Shown here piece after piece: positions 48,228-58,841 of a stretch of 64,000 bases of DNA. A program made the position numbers and the translations under genes. The DNA comes from Candidatus Cloacimonadales bacterium (GTDB lineage: Bacteria > Cloacimonadota > Cloacimonadia > Cloacimonadales > JAFGVF01). A model generated the notes under the pieces. The model ran no database searches. It was not told the DNA's origin and saw only the letters and a list, made by a program, of their open reading frames with translations. Where the stretch lies: the NCBI GenBank assembly GCA_963678315.1, contig OY782781.1, positions 672,001 to 736,000 of the forward strand, written 5' to 3'. The number at the start of each line of letters is the position of its first letter. Position 1 is the stretch's first letter.

Positions 48228-50480
48228 CTATTTCATCAACACCATTTTCTTCATTTGGCTCTTTCCAGCATTTTTAATTTTGTAGAAGTAGAGTCCTGAA
48301 GAAACTTTTTGTCCTTTATTGTTTTGACCATTCCAAACAACATTATGAGTACCTGCTGAACGGCTATCATTAACTAAAGTTTTCACTAATTGACCTTTAG
48401 AATTATATACGTTTAGAGAAACAGGACCAGCTTTTTGAACATTGAAGCTAATAGTTGTTTCAGGGTTGAATGGGTTAGGGTAGTTTTGGTTAAGCATAGA
48501 AGCTACAGGAGTAATACTGCTATCATTATTTGGTGTAGCACCATTGAAGTGAATATCAATAGCTGAGTACATCATAGAACCTTGTGTATCTTGACCAACA
48601 CCTTGTAGTGAAGGACCGTAAGTAGAATCATCCATATAGAATAAGTGTAATCTACCAACTTTATTACCTTGGTCGTCTGTTCCGATGTAATCTATTTTGT
48701 TACCTGGGTCTGCGAAAGCAATAGTTTGACCTGCAAACTCAGTATTTCCAACAGAGCTAAGAGCCATTGGTTCTGACCATGAAATACCATTATCAGCAGA
48801 AACAGCAATCATAACTTCAGCTTGTTGAGCAAAGTCTGAATATTCAGGGTAATCTTCTGGATATTTGTTGTACATTCTAGCTTTCTTACTATCATGCCAA
48901 ACCATAGCCATCATGCCTTCTTCGTTAGCTTCAGTAATTCTTACCATGTGAAGAGCAAACATCATTTTGTTATCATCAATTGTTTCGTCCCAGTATTGAT
49001 AAGGCCAAAGAGTAGTTAAAACAGGAGAACCCCAATAGTCTGTATCTTCAGCAGTAACACCATCATCAGTACCATCGTAAGTACCATCATCAAGAATTTC
49101 ATCAACTATGCCATCACTATCAGCATCCCACCATAACCATGGAGTTTCAGTTGATAATGCATCTGTGTTGTTTGTAAGATCTATTGTTGGGTTTGAACTT
49201 TGAGGATATACTTCTGTAAGAGTAAATTCTTCAGTGTTAGTATCAAAAGTTACATCTTTGATTACATGAAGAGCTGGATAATAAGAACCTTCAAAAGTCT
49301 TTTGTGTATAGAATAAAGGAATATGTAGTCTACCTATTTCATCTACACTTACATTGAAGTGTGAAGATTGACCAATACCAATGTAGAAGTCTGAATCTGC
49401 ATGATCTTCTTGTTGGTCAAAGTATTCTTTATCGAGTTCTGTACCTTGGTGATCACCTGTTGGGTTTATATAGTTAGGGTTTGAAGATTCGAAACCTGCA
49501 TATACAGAGAATCTTTCCCATTCACCTTCACCATAATTAGAACATCTAAATACATCTAAATCAGCTTCATTGATTGAAGCGTCATCAGTTTCAATACCTT
49601 CAGCTGCAATATGATAACCAACATAATATAAGTTGTCTTCATGAACTACGAATGTGAAGTAAGGTCTTCTAAATTCGCCTGTAGAAACATTCCACTCGTT
49701 TAAAGTTGGAATAGAAGTAACTTGCCATCCTGAACTATCTAAAGATTGATATTCAATTTCTGTTTCAGTGAAATCTTTAAAATAGATAAGAACGTTTTCT
49801 GATACACCAGAACCGTTTTGAGTAGCATTCTTACCCATAACATAGATTCTTTGATGATCTGCTAATGGAGAAGGACCAATCTTAAGAGTAGGCCAGATAA
49901 ACTCATTATCATCATAAGAAGTTCCATTAACTTCAAAAGAAGCAAAGTTATCGATAACAGTGAATGGATCTGAGTTCATATCAACTACAGAACCACCAAG
50001 AACTGCATCATAACCAAAAATTGTTTCTAATTGGTCATCACTATCATTATTTCCATGATAAGCAAAGAAAGGTTCACCATTAGCTGTTAAATCAACTGTT
50101 GCGTAACCTTCACCTACATCGTTTGTGTTGAATAATGTGTTTGAAACTACGTTTCCTGTTTGGTCAACAAAAGCCTTATAAACACGTCTTTGTGATGACG
50201 GTGTAGCTTTAGCATGGTAAACAATCCAGTTACCGTTTAACATACCTTCAACTCTGCGTATTGGAGTTGAAGAATATCCACCTGGGAAATAATCATAATA
50301 ATTGTTAACTATTGAAACTGGTGATATTGCAACTTCAAAGTCTGCAACATATTTCGCGTCTGTTTTTAACATTGTTGTAGCTTTTTCATCGATTGACTCT
50401 TGCTTTTCAATCCTTTCATTAGCTAGAACTGTTGTAGAAATTAATGCTAAAAGCATTAAACTTACTAATAAACGTTTCAT
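48228..50480 (-). CDS. secreted acidic protein with FlgD-Ig/Por-secretion-like C-terminal domain
   Basis: ATG 50480 after GGAGG; signal peptide; Asp-box VSADNGISWS; DxDxDG; QNYPNPFNPETTI...SSGLYFY..KKMVLMK. Confidence 0.88.
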   Translation of the reverse strand: MKRLLVSLMLLALISTTVLANERIEKQESIDEKATTMLKTDAKYVADFEVAISPVSIVNNYYDYFPGGYSSTPIRRVEGMLNGNWIVYHAKATPSSQRRVYKAFVDQTGNVVSNTLFNTNDVGEGYATVDLTANGEPFFAYHGNNDSDDQLETIFGYDAVLGGSVVDMNSDPFTVIDNFASFEVNGTSYDDNEFIWPTLKIGPSPLADHQRIYVMGKNATQNGSGVSENVLIYFKDFTETEIEYQSLDSSGWQVTSIPTLNEWNVSTGEFRRPYFTFVVHEDNLYYVGYHIAAEGIETDDASINEADLDVFRCSNYGEGEWERFSVYAGFESSNPNYINPTGDHQGTELDKEYFDQQEDHADSDFYIGIGQSSHFNVSVDEIGRLHIPLFYTQKTFEGSYYPALHVIKDVTFDTNTEEFTLTEVYPQSSNPTIDLTNNTDALSTETPWLWWDADSDGIVDEILDDGTYDGTDDGVTAEDTDYWGSPVLTTLWPYQYWDETIDDNKMMFALHMVRITEANEEGMMAMVWHDSKKARMYNKYPEDYPEYSDFAQQAEVMIAVSADNGISWSEPMALSSVGNTEFAGQTIAFADPGNKIDYIGTDDQGNKVGRLHLFYMDDSTYGPSLQGVGQDTQGSMMYSAIDIHFNGATPNNDSSITPVASMLNQNYPNPFNPETTISFNVQKAGPVSLNVYNSKGQLVKTLVNDSRSAGTHNVVWNGQNNKGQKVSSGLYFYKIKNAGKSQMKKMVLMK

Positions 50481-50871
50481 AAATCCTCCCACTTGATTTT
50501 CAGACGATATACATCTGGTTACGTTTATAAATCTAATCACATCGATACACATCTTCAGCTTGCCTTGTTAGCTTTCTAAGATGTATATCAATATTTATAT
50601 ATCTATAATTTAACTCAAAAGTCAAGTGCTTTTTAACTCAATATGTCGCTTTTACACATTTCCGCAGACAGATTGTCTTATTTATAATTTGAAATACAAA
50701 TACTGCTAAAGCTTATTATATAGTATTTTAGAGCTTTTTAGTAATTTTCTAATATTCTATTTTGTATATAATGGTTACTTTTTTAACTATGTTTACAGTG
50801 TTCTTTAAATTCAATAATTGTTACATGGAATTGGCTTTGAAGAGATGTATCCTTTTCAGGATAAAGCAAGA

Positions 50872-51049
50872 GAGACGTTTTTCCAAACGTCTCTACAAAT
50901 TCACTTATAACTTCGTTCTAAGTGAAGCCAGCACGGAGGCTGGCGTTCCCAGTTTTAGCCAGCACGGAGGCTGGCGTCCCCAGTGTCCTAACTCCTGCCT
51001 TAAGGGTCTCATTGAAAAATCGGCTTTTTTTCAAAGAGGCAAGTAAGGG
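50872..51049. repeat. modular hairpin repeat, locus 6
   Basis: Reverse orientation; GCCAGCACGGAGGCTGGCG module duplicated. Confidence 0.9.
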
Positions 51050-51143
51050 TGGAGTATATTTACCCTTTTAATGGAAAGATAATATCTCGGCTGACGAAGT
51101 GCTATAAGCTTATGTTGATATTAACCCAAACAATGCACTAGGT

Positions 51144-51911
51144 TTAATAATATTTCTTCCAGAGAAGTAAAAATAGGGCATGTACAAGAATTTGAAAAAA
51201 GAAGGCTGTTGTAATTATAATAAGAAGGTAGAAATACACTTCTGTCATGTTGTAGAAGATTCTGGCATTATTAAAGAGAAAGCCTAAGCCGTTATCACAT
51301 CCAACAAATTCACCTAGAATAATGATTTTTAGAGATAGGGCAGAGCAAACTAAAGTATTCATTTTGAAGACAGGGATTAGTTTTGGGATATAGACATTAG
51401 CAACAATATCCTTGAATCCACCACCAAACACGTTAACAACTTCCACAAGTTCTTTAGTGTGGTCAAGAAGTCCATTCACAGTGTTAGAGGCAACAATTGG
51501 GGTAATCATAATAACTATCATACCGATGGGTACAACCGAACCAGTGCTGTAAAAAAGCAAGAGAATTGTTCCAATTATGACACCTGGTATCACTTGAAGA
51601 AGGGATAGTAAATCTTCTATATACTCGTGTATTTTGAGGTAATAAGAGATAATCCCAATGACAGTTCCCAAGAGAAATGAGATAATAAATCCGATAGCAA
51701 GTCTAGTCAAAGTAATTTCATAATGAAGCCAGACTTGGTTAGCAGACAAAATTTCATGCCTACTTGCCCAAACATTCAATGGAGAGGGCACTATTGAAGC
51801 ATTAAAAAACTGGGAAATTACTCCCCAGATTATTAAAAAAATTATAAAACCAAAAAGGGTCTTTTTAATCGAGTTCCAGAATATAGTCAGCAAGTTTATT
51901 ATCCTTAGCAA
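51144..51911 (-). CDS. NitT/TauT-type ABC permease
   Basis: VPSP, TLTRLAIGF, GEFVG..NGLG; start codon uncertain. Confidence 0.82.
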   Translation of the reverse strand: MLRIINLLTIFWNSIKKTLFGFIIFLIIWGVISQFFNASIVPSPLNVWASRHEILSANQVWLHYEITLTRLAIGFIISFLLGTVIGIISYYLKIHEYIEDLLSLLQVIPGVIIGTILLLFYSTGSVVPIGMIVIMITPIVASNTVNGLLDHTKELVEVVNVFGGGFKDIVANVYIPKLIPVFKMNTLVCSALSLKIIILGEFVGCDNGLGFLFNNARIFYNMTEVYFYLLIIITTAFFFQILVHALFLLLWKKYY

Positions 51912-52758
51912 TATTTTTGAACATTGTATCTAAGTTACTATTAAGGTAATTACCACTAGAAAAGTGATAAATAGTTCTTTGAATTGTTTGAGCTGAGAAC
52001 TTCTCAAAATTAGGATACTCATTCAAATCTTGCATATTGATCTGATTGTTTATTATAGCCTTAGTTTTTGCTTCTATATTAGCAGTAAGTTCTTTGACTT
52101 TCTTCATATCTTTATCATGAGTTAAAAGTACAACCTGACATGCGTGATTATCAGGAAAGGCACTTCTATAAAGCTCATCCAGAGATAAATTAATATTTAA
52201 ATCATTAGCCTTTGTAGCAATAGTAGCAAAAGGTTCAGGCAGAAAGACTATTCCTTGATTGCCTTGTTTAAGAAGTTGTACAGATGATTGAATAGCTAAA
52301 TATTTAACATTATAATCTCTACTTGCTTGAAGATTATGCTTATTTGCAATGGCTGTAAACATGACTTCCATAGGAGCATTTTTGAAAGGAAAATAGATAG
52401 TTTTTCCTGCTATGTCCTCGATAGAATCTATCTCATGATTACTAACAAGATAAGTCAAATTATCAACTAAAGAGCAGACTAGCTTAAAGTCAGTAGCTTG
52501 TTTAGCAAAATTATTAGCAACAGATACTCCTGTAACTAGATAATCTGCTTTATTACTAAGAAATTTAGCATTAGCTTTTGAATGATTTAGATAGAATTCT
52601 ACTTGGTAAGCCGGATTATCTTTAACTGCAAGATAAGTAGCAATTCCAGAAGGTGTTTTAGGAATGAGAATCTTCTTTACACCTGAGCTTTCTTCTTTCT
52701 TTGCACAGCCTAAGCAAATTAACACTATTAAAAGTATTAGAAAATAAAGTTTTTTCAA
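51865..52758 (-). CDS. NitT/TauT-type ABC substrate-binding lipoprotein
   Basis: CLGC lipobox, IAGKTI, FLPEPFAT. Confidence 0.78.
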   Translation of the reverse strand: MKKLYFLILLIVLICLGCAKKEESSGVKKILIPKTPSGIATYLAVKDNPAYQVEFYLNHSKANAKFLSNKADYLVTGVSVANNFAKQATDFKLVCSLVDNLTYLVSNHEIDSIEDIAGKTIYFPFKNAPMEVMFTAIANKHNLQASRDYNVKYLAIQSSVQLLKQGNQGIVFLPEPFATIATKANDLNINLSLDELYRSAFPDNHACQVVLLTHDKDMKKVKELTANIEAKTKAIINNQINMQDLNEYPNFEKFSAQTIQRTIYHFSSGNYLNSNLDTMFKNIAKDNKLADYILELD

Positions 52759-52767
52759 ATTTACACC

Positions 52768-53355
52768 TTAGATAGTAATTACATGTTTATCTTCTGTAAG
52801 AGCATCAACAATATCGTACATGTTAGAGATTGAACCAACTGCTAATTTATCAGTGAGTTTGAAGAAATCAAGACAGGTACCACAAACTAGAATTTCAACT
52901 CCCATTTTATCTAATTCTTTCATGTTTTCTAGGGTTAAAGCACCTTCAATACAGAGCTTTACTCCACCATTCATGAATATTAATTTTTCTGGGGTGTTAT
53001 CAATCTTTGTTAGAGCATAGATGAAACCTTTCATAAGAAGTTCACCAAGCTGAACATCACTAATACCTAAGTATTCACTCTTTATAAAGATAACTTTTCC
53101 TTTTGTATCTTTCTTGATTGTGTGGTCCATGATTTCACAGCAATCATTCTTTTCAATCTTAACAGAGTAATAATCATCTATCTTTTGAACTTGAGTTGCT
53201 GTATAATTGAAGTTACTTGCAAATTTAATTATATTCTCTTTAGCTGCTTCATTACCTACTAGAATAAGAATTTCATTATGTTGTTCATTAACCGCATCTT
53301 TAGCTAAAATAACTGGCCTTGGGCATGCTAATTCTCTAGCATCAATCTTTTTCAT
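52768..53355 (-). CDS. yedF: selenium metabolism protein YedF (TusA + DsrE domains)
   Basis: IDARELACPRPVI; GELLMKGF, FMNGGVKL, CGTCLDFF, VGSISNMY. Confidence 0.9.
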   Translation of the reverse strand: MKKIDARELACPRPVILAKDAVNEQHNEILILVGNEAAKENIIKFASNFNYTATQVQKIDDYYSVKIEKNDCCEIMDHTIKKDTKGKVIFIKSEYLGISDVQLGELLMKGFIYALTKIDNTPEKLIFMNGGVKLCIEGALTLENMKELDKMGVEILVCGTCLDFFKLTDKLAVGSISNMYDIVDALTEDKHVITI

Positions 53356-53581
53356 AAATATCCCCTGTTTTATTATAAATATTATAATTTTCTATGTTAA
53401 TACTGTCTAGCTCCTGGCTTAATATCTTATTGTTAGAATCTCTGGTTAGCAGAGCAAAGCCACATTCAGAACTGACTTCTCTTGGAGTTGGGATGATTTC
53501 GCAATCAATCCCTTGTTCAGAAACATGCTTAAATGTTTTCATTGCATCATGTGACGATTCAAATATTACTAATAACTCCAT
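53342..53581 (-). CDS. DUF3343 putative Se/S carrier protein
   Basis: FESSHDAM, IPTPREVSSECGFAL. Confidence 0.8.
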   Translation of the reverse strand: MELLVIFESSHDAMKTFKHVSEQGIDCEIIPTPREVSSECGFALLTRDSNNKILSQELDSINIENYNIYNKTGDIYEKD

Positions 53582-54630
53582 TATACAAGTACTGTTATTT
53601 TCCTGTTCTTATCTGTAATTTGACCACATACAAAAGCATCTATTCCTGCATCTTTTAATTCTGTTAGACACTTATTTGCTTGACTGCTGTCAATTCCAAA
53701 CAACAATCCCCCTGAAGTTTGCGGGTCAAATAGAATATTTAGTATATCATCAGAAATATCGGCAAAGTTATTGATGTAACAAGATCTAAAGTTCTTGTTG
53801 TTATATGTTCCCCCTGGAACTAATCCCATCTTAACAAAGTCCATAATCTCTGGAAAAATCTCTATTTTATTATAATCAACTTCAATCCCTAACTGGCTAT
53901 CCTGGATTATCTCAACAAGATGTCCTAATAAGCCAAATCCTGTGATATCAGTAGCACAAGAAACATTATAGTTAGCGATGATTTCAGCAGGAATTTTATT
54001 GAGCTGAGTCATATACTTTACAGCATCATCTACAAGTTTCTTAGGTGCCATATCAGCCTTTAGAACTGTATTTATAATCCCAGTTCCGATTGGTTTAGTT
54101 AAAATTAAAAGATCTCCATTCCTTGGAGTATTGTTTAGATACATCTTTTTAGGATTAACAAAACCACTGACAGATAGTCCGAATTTAACATCAACATCAC
54201 TAATAGAATGACCACCAACTAAGGCTGTTTCTGCCTCGATAAGCTTGCTTAAAGCACCATCTATAATTTCTCTTAATAAGCTTATTTTTAGCTTCTTATC
54301 AGGGAAGCAGACAATACTCATAGCTGTCTTAGGTGTACCACCCATAGCATAGATATCAGATAAGGCATTACATGCTGAGATCTGACCAAAAGTATAAGGG
54401 TCATCTACTATAGGAGGGAAGAAGTCTAGTGTTTGTACCATAGCTAAATCATCATTTATACGGTAGATTCCTGCATCTTCTGCATGAGTATAATCTACTA
54501 GTAAGTCTGGGTAGCTTGGTTGAACTATTCCTGCTAATGCACGGTCCAGAACCTCTGGACTTAACTTAGCTCCTCAGCCCGAGTACTTACTGTAATCAGT
54601 AAGCTTTACAACTTTATCTTCTAATGTCAT
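53581..54630 (-). CDS. selD: selenide,water dikinase SelD, selenoprotein (Sec19)
   Basis: ATG 54630: MTLEDKVVKLTDYSKYSG-UGA-GAKLSP...EDAGIY..LAMVQTLDFF. The in-frame TGA at 54576-54574 is at the catalytic G[C/U]GAK site. 349 aa. Confidence 0.93.
54544..54560 (-). promoter_or_regulatory. bacterial SECIS hairpin
   Basis: GTCCAGA-GGT-TCTGGAC perfect 7-bp stem, 13 nt 3' of the UGA, with G in the apical loop. Confidence 0.8.
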
Positions 54631-55768
54631 AAATAATCTCTTTTAAAGTATTTATAGTGTTATCGATTTCTTCTTTTGTAGTAAAATATCCAGGAGAAAA
54701 TCTGATTGTTCCTCCTAAATCAAAAGTATTAATAAAACGGTGTGCATTAGGTGCACAGTGTAATCCCATTCTAATAGCTATCTCTTTTTTATCAAGGAAT
54801 TTCGCTATTTGAGAACAAAAAGCCCCTTCAACATTGATAGATATTACACCTATCTGTCTTTCTAAGTCCTGATTACTATAAATAATCACTTCTTGAATAG
54901 TCTTTAATCTATCTAAGAAATAGCCTGTAATTTCCCTTTTCTTAGATTCTATTTTATCAAGTCCTTCAGATAATATATATTTCAAGGATGTTAATAATCC
55001 GTAAAAACCACACATATTAAGTGTACCACTCTCGTACTTATCAGGACAGAAGTTAGGCTGAGTAATATCTTGCGACTTAGAGCCTGTTCCTCCGAAGCTT
55101 AATGGCTCAAAAGAGAAGTTATCATTAAAGTAAAAAGCTCCTGTACCAGTAGGACCTAAAAGTCCTTTATGACCTGGAAAACAAATAGCACTGTAGTGGT
55201 CAGGGTTAATGTTTAAATGCTTGTAGCCTACGACTTGAGAAGCATCCAGAATGAAATCAATGTCATGCTTATAGCAGATAGCAGCAATATCTTGATAAGC
55301 TAATATTGAACCTGTTACATTGGAGCAAGCATTAAAAACTACCTTGTTAACCGCTTTCTGGACTAAGTCTTCTTCAAACTTATCTAAATCAATAGAGAAA
55401 TCTGAATTAAGTGCAATTCTACAGACCGATATTCCTCTTCTTTCCTTTAGATAAGAAAGAGGTCTTTCAACAGAATTATGCTCCAAAGGTGTTGTCATTA
55501 CCACATCATCTGGCTTGATAGAACCAAGTATAACAGTGTTCAAGCCTTGAGTAGCATTGTTTGTAAGGATTATATTTGAGCTCTTCTTTACACCAATAAT
55601 CTGAGCAATCAGCTCTCTTAATTCAAATATAAAAAGGGAAGATTTTACTGCTGATTTGTAAGAAGATCTCCCAGCATTACCAGCAATATTATTTAAGTGA
55701 TAAGCAATAGCCTGTCCAACGCCAGGTGCCTTTGGAAAAGAAGTTGCAGCATTATCTAAGTATATCAT
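54614..55768 (-). CDS. class V PLP cysteine desulfurase/selenocysteine lyase-like protein
   Basis: YLDNAATSFPK, EHNSV, PGHKGLLGP, ESGTLN, RMGLHCAP. Confidence 0.9.
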   Translation of the reverse strand: MIYLDNAATSFPKAPGVGQAIAYHLNNIAGNAGRSSYKSAVKSSLFIFELRELIAQIIGVKKSSNIILTNNATQGLNTVILGSIKPDDVVMTTPLEHNSVERPLSYLKERRGISVCRIALNSDFSIDLDKFEEDLVQKAVNKVVFNACSNVTGSILAYQDIAAICYKHDIDFILDASQVVGYKHLNINPDHYSAICFPGHKGLLGPTGTGAFYFNDNFSFEPLSFGGTGSKSQDITQPNFCPDKYESGTLNMCGFYGLLTSLKYILSEGLDKIESKKREITGYFLDRLKTIQEVIIYSNQDLERQIGVISINVEGAFCSQIAKFLDKKEIAIRMGLHCAPNAHRFINTFDLGGTIRFSPGYFTTKEEIDNTINTLKEIIYDIRR

Positions 55769-56157
55769 CTAATGATTAATTCCTTGTATTTAGTTTCTTC
55801 ATCATACTCTCTTGAGAAGCTAGTATTATCTACTTTAGCAAGGACTATCTCAGCAGTAGAATTAATGATGTTATCATCTAATAAATGCCCACCAAAACAG
55901 CTTCCTGATTCATCAGCTACAGATATATGGAAATGTCCTTCATGATTATTATTAAAGGTTCCTGTTAAGCTTACTATCTCAAAGTTCTCTGTTTTGGTCA
56001 TCTTTTGCTTAGCTGAAGCCAACCTAATGTTTAAGTGTTTTAGACTTCCTACACAAGTTACAATAAGACCAGCTTCAATGCCATTTTCAAGAGCAAAGTT
56101 GAAGATAGATTCTTTTAGCTTCTCATTGGGTTTAAGCCGAAAAGCGTATAATTCCAT
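55765..56157 (-). CDS. PPC/DUF296 domain protein
   Basis: AFRLKP, CVGSL, EIVSLTG, HFHISVAD, GGHL. Confidence 0.88.
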   Translation of the reverse strand: MELYAFRLKPNEKLKESIFNFALENGIEAGLIVTCVGSLKHLNIRLASAKQKMTKTENFEIVSLTGTFNNNHEGHFHISVADESGSCFGGHLLDDNIINSTAEIVLAKVDNTSFSREYDEETKYKELIIR

Positions 56158-58841
56158 TAATAATTAGCCATATTTGTAGGGACAGTAAAGGAGAAGCTAG
56201 AACCTTTGCCTATCTCACTTTCAATCCACATCTTACCATGCATTCTTTCTACAAGCTCTCTACAAAGAACTAAACCTAACCCAGAACCCTTTTCCCCTTC
56301 TGTACCATAAGTTGATACTGTTTTATCAAACTCTGTTAAATAAGGTATTATCTCTTCTTTGATACCTATTCCTGTATCAGTTACCTTAATAGTGCAGTAA
56401 TGAGCATCAGTTATTGCTGTAAGCTTAATCTGACCCTTCTTTGGTGTATATTTGATAGCATTTGTTAGTAGGTTTCTGATTATAGTTTTAAACATATCTA
56501 TATCAATATATGCTTGTGCTTCACTTGAGACATCAACAGATAATTTTATATTCTTGCTTGTTGCTAAGTTTTCTGTTACTTTAATAACATTATCGATTAT
56601 AGCTTTAATCATGACTTGTTCAGGGATGAATGACAGATAACCTCTTTGATTTGAAGCCCATTTAAGAAGGTTCTCTAAGAGATCAAATGTATTTCTAGCT
56701 GAATCTGTAAGGATAGGAAGAATACTTCTAATTTCCTTTATTGGTGTTCTTTTCTCACTTGTTAGATGTTCTAACATTGCTTTGATATTTCCCACAGGAG
56801 ACCGTAAATCATGAGCAATAATAGAGAAGAATTTGTCTTTCGTAGAACTCTCATGAGCTAATTTACGCTGAGCCACAACCCTATCAGTAATATCGTAAGA
56901 GAAGACTGTAGCTCCGATTACATTGTTATTACTGTCAATGATAGGTGAATAATAGTATTGCAGAATCTCTAATTTAACTTTCTTAGTCTCTGGATATTCT
57001 CTTATACCGCTAATACTTTCACCAGCTAGAACCTTTGCGATTGTACTCTTCTTATCTTGCTTCTCACTAAGGTCTTTATATCTGATAAAATAGTTATCCC
57101 CAACACTTAGTTCAAGACCAACATGATTCTTAATATTCCGCTTATAATTCTCGTTAAAATAGGTATAATTACAATCTCTATCAATAGAGCAAATATATAC
57201 TTGAGATGCACTTTCTAGAATAGATTTAAGATGAGCATTAAGCTTTTCTACTTGCTCCTTAATTAAGTATTCTTCAGATACATCTTTTATTACAAATAGA
57301 TAACTTGTAAGTTCTTTTTCAGCATTAAATATCTTGGTTACTTCTAGATTAACCCTAATCAACTCACCATTCTTAGTTTCTAGGCAGTCAGTAGATTTGA
57401 TAGAAGATATATTTTTGGTCTTGAATTGATGCCTAAGTTTACTAATAAAATCCTTACAATCATTTTTAAATATTCTTACCCCTTTATCATATATTTCTTC
57501 AGCGGTATACTTCATTTTATCAAGAATATATGGGTTTAGGTAAGTTACTTTTAGGTTAGTATCCATCATTAGAATGCCAACTTGAGCATTATTAAAAATT
57601 GCTTCTAGTTTTTCTTTACTTTCTAGAAGTTCATTATCAAGCTTTCTTTTTTGAGTAATGTCATTGAATATAGTAACTAAACCTGAAACTTCTCCCACTT
57701 CATTATAGTAAATATCGCGATAGACATCTAAAACCTTCTTATCTCCCTTGACTTCTGTTTCTATAATTTGTTGAGTAATCTCTTTATTTTGAAGTCTTTT
57801 CTTTAAGATACTAGTGTAATCGATTTCATGTTTAGTATAGAAATTAGTAAAATGCTTATTATATATATCTTCAAATTTTACACCAAGAAAGTCTAGAAAA
57901 GCTTTATTACAGCCCTGAATATAACCCTCAATATTCATGTGATACAATGGTAGAGGAATAGTCTCTAATAATGATTCTAGAAAGCCATTTCTTTTGCTAA
58001 TATCAATGTGTTTTTGTTGTAATACTTGATTCTCTTTTTTGATAATGGACAATTCAGATTTAGTTAAATTTGCTTCTATGCTTGAAAAATGATTACTTAA
58101 CTGCTCTTTTACATCTTTATTTTTAGCTTTTCGGGTATACATGAAGCTCTTTCTTAAATATAAGTTAGCAGATTTATAATCTTCAATAGATTCATAAAAC
58201 TCAGCAAGACTATTATTGGTAGAACTTAAAACAAGAAAATACTCTTTTTCTTCTGCTATTTTAGCCACTTCTAGCAAATCATTAAGAACTTCTTCTTTAT
58301 CCCCGATGAACAGTTTATTTACTAGAAGGTTAGACTTAGCCATCAATTCTTCTTTTTCTGTAAGAAGATGATGATATTTATCATAAACTGATTTTAGAGA
58401 ATGATAGCTCCTTTGATATTCTTTGTTTTTTTGATAAAAAACAGATACGTTATTAGCTATTGATAAAGCCCCAACATTATCTTTTGCTTTGAAATAGAAT
58501 TTAAGTGCTTGTTGCTTGTATTCTTCGATTAAATGAAATTCTTTCGAATAGAAGGAAGTAATAATCAAGTTGTTATAACAGTTGCCAATTTCCTTGAAAT
58601 TGGCACATAAAATATAGTTTTTAATAGCTTCTAAATAATAGTTTTTGGCATCTACCATTTTATTATTTCTTATATATAGGTTTCCTATAAGCTTGCAAGT
58701 ATCTCCAATTACATTGGGATTATCGCAATCCTTTACCATGTTGAAAATCTCCAAAGTTTCAACTAGTGCTTTTCCAACATCAATTTCAGCAATTTCTTGG
58801 GCATGCTTTATAGCTATTTTTATTTCGTCATTAATTAACAT
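56157..58841 (-). CDS. cytoplasmic histidine kinase with TPR-like and PAS domains
   Basis: Helical-repeat N-terminus, three PAS-like segments, IIAHDLRSP, NLLTNAIKY, DTGIG, GSGLGL; no TM. Confidence 0.9.
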   Translation of the reverse strand: MLINDEIKIAIKHAQEIAEIDVGKALVETLEIFNMVKDCDNPNVIGDTCKLIGNLYIRNNKMVDAKNYYLEAIKNYILCANFKEIGNCYNNLIITSFYSKEFHLIEEYKQQALKFYFKAKDNVGALSIANNVSVFYQKNKEYQRSYHSLKSVYDKYHHLLTEKEELMAKSNLLVNKLFIGDKEEVLNDLLEVAKIAEEKEYFLVLSSTNNSLAEFYESIEDYKSANLYLRKSFMYTRKAKNKDVKEQLSNHFSSIEANLTKSELSIIKKENQVLQQKHIDISKRNGFLESLLETIPLPLYHMNIEGYIQGCNKAFLDFLGVKFEDIYNKHFTNFYTKHEIDYTSILKKRLQNKEITQQIIETEVKGDKKVLDVYRDIYYNEVGEVSGLVTIFNDITQKRKLDNELLESKEKLEAIFNNAQVGILMMDTNLKVTYLNPYILDKMKYTAEEIYDKGVRIFKNDCKDFISKLRHQFKTKNISSIKSTDCLETKNGELIRVNLEVTKIFNAEKELTSYLFVIKDVSEEYLIKEQVEKLNAHLKSILESASQVYICSIDRDCNYTYFNENYKRNIKNHVGLELSVGDNYFIRYKDLSEKQDKKSTIAKVLAGESISGIREYPETKKVKLEILQYYYSPIIDSNNNVIGATVFSYDITDRVVAQRKLAHESSTKDKFFSIIAHDLRSPVGNIKAMLEHLTSEKRTPIKEIRSILPILTDSARNTFDLLENLLKWASNQRGYLSFIPEQVMIKAIIDNVIKVTENLATSKNIKLSVDVSSEAQAYIDIDMFKTIIRNLLTNAIKYTPKKGQIKLTAITDAHYCTIKVTDTGIGIKEEIIPYLTEFDKTVSTYGTEGEKGSGLGLVLCRELVERMHGKMWIESEIGKGSSFSFTVPTNMANY

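Noticed and set aside
53581..54441. selD as a truncated gene or pseudogene starting at 54441
   Set aside because: The upstream frame continues through a single TGA at the catalytic site with a SECIS hairpin, so recoding is the better explanation.
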